A DNA stretch of 64,000 bases, taken from positions 22,060-86,059 of the forward strand of contig MNUR01000085.1 in assembly GCA_001871115.1 (NCBI GenBank), read 5' to 3'. This DNA comes from Elusimicrobia bacterium CG1_02_56_21 (GTDB taxonomy: Bacteria; Elusimicrobiota; Elusimicrobia; Elusimicrobiales; UBA9959). Shown one piece after another: positions 26,696 through 35,094 of the stretch. The notes below the pieces were generated by a model that saw nothing but the letters and a program-made list of their open reading frames with translations, made no database searches and was not told the DNA's origin. Both the position numbers and the translations under genes were made by a program. Every line of letters begins with the position of its first letter. Positions within the stretch are counted from its first letter, which is position 1.

Positions 26696-27535
26696 TTAGC
26701 TTCTGCCATAACTGTGCAGGCCGGACATCAGGTAATTGACTCCGAAATAGGTGAACATAACCAGGACAAAGCCCCACAGCATAAGGCCGGCGAACTTCTT
26801 GTCTTTCCAGCCCTTGGTCCTGCGCAAATGAATAGCCACCGCGTAATAAAGCCAGGTTATCAAAGACCAGGTTTCTTTAGGGTCCCAGGACCAGTAAGAG
26901 CCCCAGGCCGAGTTGGCCCAGACCGCGCCGGTGATTATTCCCAGGGTAAGCAGCCAGAAACCCACCAGGCAGGCCCGGTAAACAAGAGATTCAAGGCTAA
27001 TTTTCTTCTCATCATGCTTTAACTTGCCCATGAAAGAATAAACCGCGGCCCCGAGAAAAGAAAGCAGCAGAGCGCCGTAACCGGTCATAACGGTGCTGAC
27101 ATGGATAAGCAGCCAGTTGGACTGCAGCGCCGGGACCAGCGGTGAGATATCAGATTCAAGGAAGGAAGCTCCGCCCAGGCTTAGCACAGCGACCAGGGCT
27201 GTCCAGGGGGCCAGCCACTCAATAGCGCGCCCGGGGACGGCCGCGTGCTTATGCCCTTTCCCGGCTTTTTCTACAGCGGAAAAATGCCAGAACAGCAAAT
27301 AGGCGCCTACAAAGGCCCACACCAGGAAAACCATGGATTCGTACTGGTTGGAGAGCGGCGCCCGGCCGGCAATATACCAGCGCGCGCCTATATGATAGGT
27401 GCTGGAAAGAAAACCGGCGAAGAGCGCGAAGATAGAGTATCTGAATTTCCCGGGCATGCTGAAAAGAAAACCGGTCAGCGTAGCCGCCATAGCCACCGCG
27501 TAAAAAACAAAAGAAGCTTTAAGTGATATTTCCAT
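26696..27535 (-). CDS. ccsA: System II cytochrome c biogenesis protein CcsA/ResC
   Basis: WWD motif WGSYWSWDPKETWSLITW and conserved His residues. 1-nt TAATG overlap with ccsB. Confidence 0.9.
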   Translation of the reverse strand: MEISLKASFVFYAVAMAATLTGFLFSMPGKFRYSIFALFAGFLSSTYHIGARWYIAGRAPLSNQYESMVFLVWAFVGAYLLFWHFSAVEKAGKGHKHAAVPGRAIEWLAPWTALVAVLSLGGASFLESDISPLVPALQSNWLLIHVSTVMTGYGALLLSFLGAAVYSFMGKLKHDEKKISLESLVYRACLVGFWLLTLGIITGAVWANSAWGSYWSWDPKETWSLITWLYYAVAIHLRRTKGWKDKKFAGLMLWGFVLVMFTYFGVNYLMSGLHSYGRS

Positions 27536-28584
27536 TATTTCATCTCCTTCCAGAACTCCATGGTAAGCCCAAGCATCAGCGCGGCAAAACCGGAGTAGAT
27601 GAAAATTACACTGGGGTCTTTAGAAATCTGGATGCTGGAAAAACTAAGGTTCTTCGGGTCGTAACCTGACTGGTAAAGCCTATAGCCTTTGAAGCTGGCC
27701 GGCGAATTCACATTTATAAGCTTCTCAAACTTCTCAACCCCGTCCTCAAGAAAGGCCAGGCGGCTCTCGAACTGCTTTACCCTGCCGGGCCTGTATTCGT
27801 AGACATACCGCACCCCGCCGGTGTCGGACACTCCGTGAAAATCGGGATGGTTGGCAAAAAGATAACTGGGCTTGGCGGCTTTGGAGCCGGCTATCTTCAC
27901 CGCGAGGGCGGGGTTTTCCCTGTCCTCGCTTAAGCTCACCGGGCCGGCATCGCCTATTGTGAAGCTGGGATAGAACTTAAGCACCGTGATGTCGGCCGCC
28001 TCTGATTTAAAATGAGCCTCAGTGCCCGGCTGAACTTCCACCGATTCCAGGAGGTCTTCCCCGCCTTCATGTCCGGGGTCTTCGCGCTTTTTAAGTGCGT
28101 GGATAAAGTGCTTCTCCTGATCATAATAGACTATATTGAAATCTTTGAGCTGTACCGAAAAGGGCATGGCCACCGGGGTTCCGGCGTCGCCCGCGAATTC
28201 GCTCTCGGTCTGCCCGGTTTCCAGGGCCAGGGTTCCGCGTACCGAGAATATACCGTGCACCGCGCCTCCCACAAACATCAGCATAATCCCGAGATGGCTC
28301 AGGAAAACCCCGGGGCGCAGTTTAAGAACTTTCCACTGCCTTACGGTGCAGGCCAGCATGTTCAGGAAGCCGCCGGCCATCAGGGCCAGGAACCAGAAAC
28401 TGGAGAAAACATTATTGAACCGTAAATAAACGACCCAGTTGCCGCCTATGGGGCCGAACATCTCCTGGTAAGCCTGGTGGGACTCGCCCTGGGGAACCAC
28501 GCCGCCTATTATGAATGCCGCCAGCATCAGGCCCGAAAGAACAAAGAAGAATTTTATTGAAGAGAGGGGCTTTATAAGTTTCAT
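27535..28584 (-). CDS. ccsB: System II cytochrome c biogenesis protein CcsB/ResB
   Basis: ResB-like topology: N-terminal TMs, a large periplasmic domain and a C-terminal TM. Placed immediately upstream of ccsA. Confidence 0.8.
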   Translation of the reverse strand: MKLIKPLSSIKFFFVLSGLMLAAFIIGGVVPQGESHQAYQEMFGPIGGNWVVYLRFNNVFSSFWFLALMAGGFLNMLACTVRQWKVLKLRPGVFLSHLGIMLMFVGGAVHGIFSVRGTLALETGQTESEFAGDAGTPVAMPFSVQLKDFNIVYYDQEKHFIHALKKREDPGHEGGEDLLESVEVQPGTEAHFKSEAADITVLKFYPSFTIGDAGPVSLSEDRENPALAVKIAGSKAAKPSYLFANHPDFHGVSDTGGVRYVYEYRPGRVKQFESRLAFLEDGVEKFEKLINVNSPASFKGYRLYQSGYDPKNLSFSSIQISKDPSVIFIYSGFAALMLGLTMEFWKEMK

Positions 28585-28752
28585 CGCTACATTCCTTAAG
28601 CAAGCAAGTCTTATTCAGGCGCCGGAACCGGGGAATTTAGGAAAGTACTGCACCACAATTATATCAAAACGGCGGGTTTGGCCGCAAAATGAATAGGGCA
28701 GCGGTTTGGAGGATTTTTCGTCGCATCCGCTGCCCCTCCAGGCTAAAGTCTG

Positions 28753-29406
28753 CTACTGATGGCAGCCTTTGCAGGTTTCTTTATAATCTTTCCTGAGCGG
28801 AACCTTTTTATGCCCGCCTATATCGTGACATTTCACGCAGCCCATCATTTCGGCGTGGGCCTTATGCGGCATTGTTTTGCCGGAGATGGCCGCTATGCCG
28901 TTGGAGGCCGGGACCTTGACGGTTTCCGGCGGGACCTTCACGCCCACCGCCTGGTGGCACTGGGTGGCGCAATAGGAACCGGAAAGAAGCGGCTCGGCCG
29001 AGATATCGGTCAGTTCGACGGCAAGGGCGCGGCCGGTTTCGCCCAGCGCGCGGTCGGCTTCGCGCATGATCAGGGAGGCGAGGTATACATTGTGCTCGCC
29101 GTGAGCCGCCGACAGGAACTGCTCCAGCCTGAAGGCGTGGGCCAGTGACAGGCGCGCTTTTTTAAGCTCGACCTCCGGCTTGGAGGACTTGGCCAGTTCG
29201 CCCTTCGCAGCTTCTATCTTGGCAGCCAGCTGCTTCAGAGAGTTCCTAACATCGTCCTTCACATGGCCCCAGGTCCCCTTGAACTTCTCGCCATGGCATT
29301 TCGAGCAGGCCTGCTCCGAGGCTTTCTGGGTATGGCCGCTGTAGCCGCCGGCCTCGGATTTGTCCTGGTAATGGCAGCCTATGCAGTTGACGCCGGCCTT
29401 GAACAT
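28753..29406 (-). CDS. Multihaem c-type cytochrome (4 CxxCH + 1 CxxxCH), apparently 5-prime truncated with no signal peptide
   Basis: CIGCH, CSKCH, CATQCH, CVKCH, CKGCH. The frame stays open upstream to a TAA at 29497-29499 that is followed at once by CH-QDKH, which looks like the tail of another haem motif. Confidence 0.6.
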   Translation of the reverse strand: MFKAGVNCIGCHYQDKSEAGGYSGHTQKASEQACSKCHGEKFKGTWGHVKDDVRNSLKQLAAKIEAAKGELAKSSKPEVELKKARLSLAHAFRLEQFLSAAHGEHNVYLASLIMREADRALGETGRALAVELTDISAEPLLSGSYCATQCHQAVGVKVPPETVKVPASNGIAAISGKTMPHKAHAEMMGCVKCHDIGGHKKVPLRKDYKETCKGCHQ

Positions 29407-29644
29407 CGGGCTGGCCAGCTCGGGCAGCGAAGAGCCCTTTATATCCGCCGGGAGCCTGCCGGAATAGAGTTCCAGCTGCGTAAAATGCTTGTCCTGGTGG
29501 CATTAAACCTGTTCCAGAAAGGAGGACCGGCTATAAATTCACGACGGAACCACGACGAGTGATTTCAGGCTCATTCTTGGATTAGAAAATGCTGCCCGCA
29601 CTATTTGCATTTCAGGGAACTCAAATATACATGCGGGCCGCGGC

Positions 29645-29684
29645 GAAAAAACAGGCCCGCAACTTTAGTTAAAGCCGCGGGCCT
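29645..29684 (-). terminator. Rho-independent terminator after the MtrB-like gene
   Basis: On the minus strand, aggcccgc...gcgggcct followed by gttttttcg, about 30 nt after the stop at 29715. Confidence 0.6.
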
Positions 29685-29714
29685 ATCCTGACAGCCGGTC
29701 TGTTATGCGGCCTT

Positions 29715-31826
29715 TTAGAACTTATAGGCCAGCGAGGCGGTCAGCGTGTGGCCGCTACCGGACAGGGAAGAATACTGTTTGTCCTGGTAACGGTCAAAGG
29801 CGTACCGGCCCTTGATAGAGACGTCCCTGGCGTAGGCGTAATCCGCGCCGACGGAAAGAACGTGCAGATAATTATCTACGGCGCCGTCGTTAGTGGAAGC
29901 CAGCTCGGTGGCGATAAGGCCGCTGGCGATATCCCCCTCGGAGCGGCTGAGCGCGTAGCCGCCAGTCAGCTTCAGGTTCTCTTTCACCTGCCAGTCGGTA
30001 TCCATGGCAAGGGTGGTCGTGTTGATCAGGGACTTGGACTTACCGTGGTTAGTGAACAAGAGCGCTGTTTCATAGCGGCGTTTATTGCTGGTATTATAGA
30101 AGTTCTGAAAGTCGCTCTGGTTCCAGTCTACGCTGACGGATGAGTTGGTTTTGGCGGTAAAAGCCGCGCTCAGGGAAGCGCCGGCAGAATGCAGCACATT
30201 GTGAATGTTTTGCGACATGGTATTATTAGTTACCGCCCCGGTCATAGCTGTATAATCAAGCCCGGTATTGCGGGTGCGGCTATAGCTGTAATAAAAACCC
30301 AGCACCTTGCCGCCCGCAGTTACATAACTGGCATCCGTCTTGACATTAAGAGCTTCCTGCGCCTCTGCCACGGTACCCACCTTAGCCGCTTTCTGATAGG
30401 AAGGGGTCAGGTGTAAAACCAGGCCGTCTACAGGCCGCATAGCGCCTTTCAGGAAGACAGTATCGGATTCGGAATCCGCTTTATAAAGGATTCTCTGGGA
30501 AGGGATGCTCACGCCGGCATTGGTACCCAGAAGGAAGCCGCGTTTCTTTGTTTCATGCTTCCAGCCGGCGCCAAGGCTGTTTTTAGAACCGGCGGGCCGC
30601 AGCGTGGCGTTAAATCCATACTCCGCAGACTTAATGGAAGTCAGTTTCAGGTCCAAAGATTCCTTGTTGGTTGGGTCGTTAAACAAACCGGCGGCGTACC
30701 GGGTAGAATTATTCCACCTGTTTGCGGTTTTCACATAAGCTTCTGTCTCTACGGAGGGGATAGCCAGGCACTTGCCGCTGAGAAAGAAGTTATTGGTGGC
30801 TATCTCGCCTTTTTTATAGTTATTGTCTGTCTGTTTGGTAGCGAAAGAATCCTGGGAAAGCACAGACATCCCGTAGCCGGCCGCCAGGGAAGAATTCTTA
30901 AAAGTCTTGGAGAGCCTTAAAGAATTGGAGTTCAAAGTGCTGTCCTGGATGAAGTGCAGGGGTTTGCTCTGGTTCGCGGCGGTCATCGCGGGATAATACG
31001 CGTCTTTGAAATCCCCGATCGTATAGCCCCTTGCCTGATTTTCGAACTTCTCGAAAGACGCGTCGTAAGCTAATTGGAACCAGTTAAGAGGAGAGGCTGT
31101 AAAGTTAGCTGAAGTCCGGCCCATGAGCTCGTTGACGGGCTTATCGTAACCATGCCAGCGCCTGAGAGGAAAACCACTTTGGAAATCTCCCCCCCCGGAT
31201 ACCCAAGTAGCATAGGTGTTCCCAGTTCTGTTATAGCCTTCATGCTTAACCGAGACGGACGGAATATCGCGCAGCGGCCCGGATTTGGATTTAATCCCTA
31301 CGCCGTAATTAGTGCGGTCCAGCCTGAGAGGGGAACCGCCGGAATCATTGTTAAAGCGCGCCACATAGCCGTCGCCCGTGCCGGTATAAGCGGCGTCCGT
31401 GCCGCCGGTAACATTATTGGCCCTATTGCGGTAATCCAGGCCGACCGAGGCCGAGCGGTACTGAGAATAGAACCCGGAAACATTCACCAGCTCCGAGTCC
31501 ATCCGCACCATGCCGGAGTGGGTGTAAAAACCATAACCCTTCCGCTGAATTGCGATAGAATCTTTGCCGTTGGAATAGGAAAGATCCAGGTCCAGGTCCA
31601 GGTAGGCGCCCGAAACACCGCGGTCCGACCATCCTTTCTGGTAGTCGTAGCGCTGCAGGAACCGGGTATCAGCCGCGTTCCCGCCGCCCACATATTCATA
31701 TATAGACAGCTTGGGCGCCAGTGTGCCGTTGAACCAGCCTTTGCCGGCGGCGCCTTCCTGTGCGTTCACTATAGCCGGGCAGAACAGCGCGGCTAGCAGA
31801 AGATTTAGCAGATTTTTGGATTTCAT
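29715..31826 (-). CDS. MtrB/PioB-like large outer-membrane beta-barrel (porin partner of the decahaem cytochrome)
   Basis: 703 aa, signal peptide MKSKNLLNLLLAALFCPAIVNA, Tyr/Gly/Asn-rich alternating strands, C-terminal SLAYKF. It lies 38 nt downstream of the decahaem gene, the same order as mtrAB/pioAB/mtoAB. Confidence 0.65.
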   Translation of the reverse strand: MKSKNLLNLLLAALFCPAIVNAQEGAAGKGWFNGTLAPKLSIYEYVGGGNAADTRFLQRYDYQKGWSDRGVSGAYLDLDLDLSYSNGKDSIAIQRKGYGFYTHSGMVRMDSELVNVSGFYSQYRSASVGLDYRNRANNVTGGTDAAYTGTGDGYVARFNNDSGGSPLRLDRTNYGVGIKSKSGPLRDIPSVSVKHEGYNRTGNTYATWVSGGGDFQSGFPLRRWHGYDKPVNELMGRTSANFTASPLNWFQLAYDASFEKFENQARGYTIGDFKDAYYPAMTAANQSKPLHFIQDSTLNSNSLRLSKTFKNSSLAAGYGMSVLSQDSFATKQTDNNYKKGEIATNNFFLSGKCLAIPSVETEAYVKTANRWNNSTRYAAGLFNDPTNKESLDLKLTSIKSAEYGFNATLRPAGSKNSLGAGWKHETKKRGFLLGTNAGVSIPSQRILYKADSESDTVFLKGAMRPVDGLVLHLTPSYQKAAKVGTVAEAQEALNVKTDASYVTAGGKVLGFYYSYSRTRNTGLDYTAMTGAVTNNTMSQNIHNVLHSAGASLSAAFTAKTNSSVSVDWNQSDFQNFYNTSNKRRYETALLFTNHGKSKSLINTTTLAMDTDWQVKENLKLTGGYALSRSEGDIASGLIATELASTNDGAVDNYLHVLSVGADYAYARDVSIKGRYAFDRYQDKQYSSLSGSGHTLTASLAYKF

Positions 31827-31864
31827 TATATTTTCTCCAGTTATATATTTCCGAATAAGAGCGC

Positions 31865-32704
31865 TTAGTAGCGCAGGTGCTGGTCGAAAGCGCTGCCGTG
31901 TATTCCGCCGTGGCAGGCGGTGCAGTTCCTGAGCGCGGCGCCGGTAATACGCGCGCCGGCTGCCGCGCCGACAGCGTGCCGGTTGTCAGCCAGGGAATGG
32001 CAGCGCAGGCACAGAGCGGGCTGGGCAACCGTCAGCAGTTTCTTTATGGGAGAGCCGTGGGGATTATGGCAGGTAAGGCAGTCTTCGGTAACCGGCGGAT
32101 GCTCCATGGTATAGGGTCCGCGCACCGCCTGGTGGCACTTGGTGCAGGTCTCTGTCTTGGCAGTCAGGGCCTGTTTTTTATCGGTATGGGGGTCGTGGCA
32201 GTCCACGCAGGAGATTCCGCCTTCCTTTAAGGGATGGTGGGAAAACATATTGAAGCGGGCGGTCACTTCCTTATGGCAGGAAGCGCATAAGGCGGAATTG
32301 GCGTCCTTGTATTTTGCCGTGTCCGCGCCCTTTACGACCTTGGGCGTATGGTTGCTGTGACAGGCGGCGCAATTGAGGCCGGCCTTTTTATGGTCGGAGA
32401 ACGCCCAGTTCATCCGGTTGGCGTCTTTTACATGACAGACCTGGCAGGCGGCCGCGCCGGGCCTTGCGGGTTTTGTTTCCGGGCCGGGGTTGGCTAAATG
32501 TTTTTCAGTGCCGCTGTGGCACTTCGAGCAATCCTGCTTGCCGTGCACGCCCCTGGCGTGGGAAGACGAGGCTGCGTCATGGCAGGCTGAACACGCCGCA
32601 TTGGCTGTCGTGTCGGCGCGGGCCGCTGGCGGGTTCGAGAGTATTCCTACAGCGAAAGCCAGCAGGGCAATGACCCCACAGGCCTTTACGTTAATCCTAT
32701 TCAT
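31865..32704 (-). CDS. Periplasmic decahaem c-type cytochrome, MtrA/DmsE/PioA-like
   Basis: Signal peptide plus ten CxxCH motifs in 279 aa (CSACH, CSKCH, CQVCH, CAACH, CASCH, CVDCH, CTKCH, CLTCH, CLRCH, CTACH). The C-terminal CTACHGGIHGS resembles the MtrA family. Confidence 0.85.
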   Translation of the reverse strand: MNRINVKACGVIALLAFAVGILSNPPAARADTTANAACSACHDAASSSHARGVHGKQDCSKCHSGTEKHLANPGPETKPARPGAAACQVCHVKDANRMNWAFSDHKKAGLNCAACHSNHTPKVVKGADTAKYKDANSALCASCHKEVTARFNMFSHHPLKEGGISCVDCHDPHTDKKQALTAKTETCTKCHQAVRGPYTMEHPPVTEDCLTCHNPHGSPIKKLLTVAQPALCLRCHSLADNRHAVGAAAGARITGAALRNCTACHGGIHGSAFDQHLRY

Positions 32705-32872
32705 TTAGTTCTCCTGTTTTTTAAAGACCAAGGTCTTATTTGTACTGCGCGTATGTGCCGCAAAAGGCAATACAGTACCAATACACTAGCAAACATGCGG
32801 CAACCGCGTATTAATGTAAAGCAATTGCCGCATTGATTTAAGTTAACCGGTTTAAGCGCGGTCAGCCGCTAA

Positions 32873-33139
32873 GGGCTTGTTAAAGAATAACTGACGCATT
32901 TGGCTGAGCTGATTTTGGAGCGAGCCGAAGCGGCGTGAAGCGACACGTACTCCATGTACTTTAGCGGAACGCCGCAAAGGCGCAGCCCAAAAGCGGCTCA
33001 GCCCCCCGGGGGAGGCCCATCTTTGAACCGGCTGCCGCGTTGCTCCTCACTCACAGACCACCGGTATGCTCGTTCATCGCGCCTTGCATCCGGATCAAAT
33101 ATGGGCCTCCAAATGCGTCAGTTATTATTTAACAAGCCC
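32873..33139. repeat. MITE-like nested palindromic element, family C. It shares its core with family A.
   Basis: 31-bp terminal inverted repeats GGGCTTGTTAAAGAATAACTGACGCATTTGG (32873-32903) and 33109-33139, with 1 mismatch. Inner palindromes GCTGAGC...GCTCAGC and GGAGGCCCAT...ATGGGCCTCC. The core TTTTGGAGCGAGCCGAAGCG...GCGCAGCCCAAAAGCGG matches the reverse complement of family A. Confidence 0.8.
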
Positions 33140-33852
33140 TAACGCCGTGAAACCTGCTCCAGCCTGGCTTTGTCTTTCACCGCGACGTTCCGGCCGGCGA
33201 CGGAGATCCAGCCTTTCTTGCGGAATTCGGCCAGCAGGCGGCAAAGAACTTCCGGGGAGGTCCCGAGCATTTTGGCCAGGTCTCCCCTGGTCTCCGGGAA
33301 CTGTACGCTGGCAGAGCCCTTGGCAACGGCCCTCTCCACTATATATTTAGCCAAGCGTCCTCTTACGGTTTTAAAGCCGAAGTCCAGCAGCTGCTCCTCG
33401 GAGCGGCCAAGCTCCGCGGCAAAGCGGGTCAGCAGGGCGCGGCAGACCTGAGGGATCTCCAGGAAATTTTTCTCGAAATAGGCCCCGTCCAGGAAACAGA
33501 TCCGGCAGTCTTCCAGCGCTTCGCCAGTGCCCAGATAGGCTTCACCGGCAAGGAAAGAGCGGTCCCCCAGCAGGGCCGGGGCCTCTATCACACGGGGAAT
33601 GCTGGAATGAAGCCCCGTATCCGTCCTTATTATTTTAACCCGGCCTGTACAGAGGAAATACACGCCGAAAGGGCGATTGCCCTCGTAAAAAATAATATTG
33701 CCTTTGCGGTAATCATTGGTTATCCTCTTTTTGCAGAAGCCCTCCCATACCGCGTCAGGAACTGCGGCGAAGACCGGCATTTTCAGCATCGGGCATTTGC
33801 ACTTTGCCGCTTCAAAGGTTTCACACTTACACTTCGGACTGATAGTTTTCAT
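33139..33852 (-). CDS. Crp/Fnr-family transcriptional regulator with an N-terminal Cys cluster
   Basis: cNMP-binding-type beta-roll (IIFYEGNRPFGVYFLCTGRVKI) and C-terminal HTH (RGDLAKMLGTSPEVLCRLLAEFRKKG). N-terminus has SPKCKCETFEAAKCKCP. Confidence 0.85.
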   Translation of the reverse strand: MKTISPKCKCETFEAAKCKCPMLKMPVFAAVPDAVWEGFCKKRITNDYRKGNIIFYEGNRPFGVYFLCTGRVKIIRTDTGLHSSIPRVIEAPALLGDRSFLAGEAYLGTGEALEDCRICFLDGAYFEKNFLEIPQVCRALLTRFAAELGRSEEQLLDFGFKTVRGRLAKYIVERAVAKGSASVQFPETRGDLAKMLGTSPEVLCRLLAEFRKKGWISVAGRNVAVKDKARLEQVSRR

Positions 33853-33882
33853 AACAGTTCTCCTGAATGGTCTTAGTCCGGC

Positions 33883-35058
33883 CTAAACTGCCGGCTTTGC
33901 CGAGATCTCCTCATCAGTAATATAGCAAGCGGGATCGGCTTCCCACATATCGCCGGTAGCGCGAAGCGCGCGCACCCGGAAACCTCCGCCACAAACGTCT
34001 TTCCAGGCACAGGTTCCGCAGCGGCCCTTTAATAGAGGAAGGCGGTTCCTGAGGCCGGCCAGTACGGGGTGTTTCCCCTCCCCCCACACTTTACTGAAGG
34101 GGGTCTGGCGGATATTGGCTATGGTAAGGTCCTGCCAAAACTGGTCCGGGTGTATATTCCCCTTCCAGTCTATATTGGAAAGGGTGACGCCGGAGCCGTT
34201 GGCCCCGCCGCCGTTCCACTGCAGGATCTCGAGAACGGCCGCGGCGCGCTTCGGGTCCTTCTTGAGCAGCTTAAGGTAAAGATAGACCGCGTCGCAGGGA
34301 TTGTCCACGGTGAGGATCTCGGTGGGCTTGGGCTTTTTCGCCAGGATCTCCGCGCGGCGGATGATGGTCTCCATGGCCTTCCGGGATTCGGCGTGGGTGA
34401 GATCGTCGCCGCTGATTTCCCCGCCCCGGCCTGAATAGACCAAATGGTAGAAACAGGCCCTGGGGATCTCCTCGCCTTCTATAAAGTCGAAGATCTTATC
34501 CAGGTTCTCCACATTATGCTTGGTCAGGGTAAAGCGCAGGCCGGTCTTCTGCCCTACCTCTTTAAGGTTGCGCAGGCCTTTGAGCGCGCCCTCGAAAGCC
34601 CCGTCCACGCCGCGGAATTTATCGTTTATCGGGCCGATCCCGTCGAAAGAGATGCCGACATAAGTGATGCCCAGGGACTTGATCTTTTTGGCCATGTCCG
34701 GGGTTATCAGGGTCCCGTTAGTGGAGATAGTAACCCTTATGCCTTTGCCGGTGGCGTAAGAAGCCAGCTCGAAGAAATCCGGGCGGGTAAGCGGCTCGCC
34801 GCCGGAGAAAAGCAGGGCCGAGACGCCCATTTGTCCGACGTCGTCTATCATCACTTTAGCTTCCGCGGTGGTAAGTTCGTCGGTGTCCAGTTCCCCGGTG
34901 GAATTCGCGTAGCAGTGCACGCATTTCAGATTGCAGCGCTTGGTGCTGCTCCAGACCACGATGGGCCTGCGGGCGCCCGCGCCCTCTTTATTGCCGCCGT
35001 AGCGCAATTTCACTGAGGGAGTATCGATGCTGCACCACATTTTTGTTATATCAAGCAT
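33883..35058 (-). CDS. NirJ/AhbC/AhbD-family radical SAM enzyme with a SPASM domain (alternative haem biosynthesis)
   Basis: CNLKCVHCY radical SAM motif. C-terminal CGTCAWKDVCGGGFRVRA. Sits among ahbAB and other haem genes. Confidence 0.75.
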   Translation of the reverse strand: MLDITKMWCSIDTPSVKLRYGGNKEGAGARRPIVVWSSTKRCNLKCVHCYANSTGELDTDELTTAEAKVMIDDVGQMGVSALLFSGGEPLTRPDFFELASYATGKGIRVTISTNGTLITPDMAKKIKSLGITYVGISFDGIGPINDKFRGVDGAFEGALKGLRNLKEVGQKTGLRFTLTKHNVENLDKIFDFIEGEEIPRACFYHLVYSGRGGEISGDDLTHAESRKAMETIIRRAEILAKKPKPTEILTVDNPCDAVYLYLKLLKKDPKRAAAVLEILQWNGGGANGSGVTLSNIDWKGNIHPDQFWQDLTIANIRQTPFSKVWGEGKHPVLAGLRNRLPLLKGRCGTCAWKDVCGGGFRVRALRATGDMWEADPACYITDEEISAKPAV

Positions 35059-35094
35059 ATTTATATTCCTATTTATGTAAAACGCTGTAGTCTT

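Noticed and set aside
29246-29503. 85-codon ORF overlapping the 5-prime end of the multihaem cytochrome gene, as a possible frameshifted N-terminus
   Set aside because: Its translation is Arg/Gly/Pro-rich with no signal peptide or haem motif. The true upstream continuation of the cytochrome frame is blocked by stop codons instead.
32833-32846. FNR/CRP box upstream of the decahaem gene
   Set aside because: TTGAT-TTAA-GTTAA matches only one half-site of TTGAT-N4-ATCAA. That is too weak to call without binding data or conservation.
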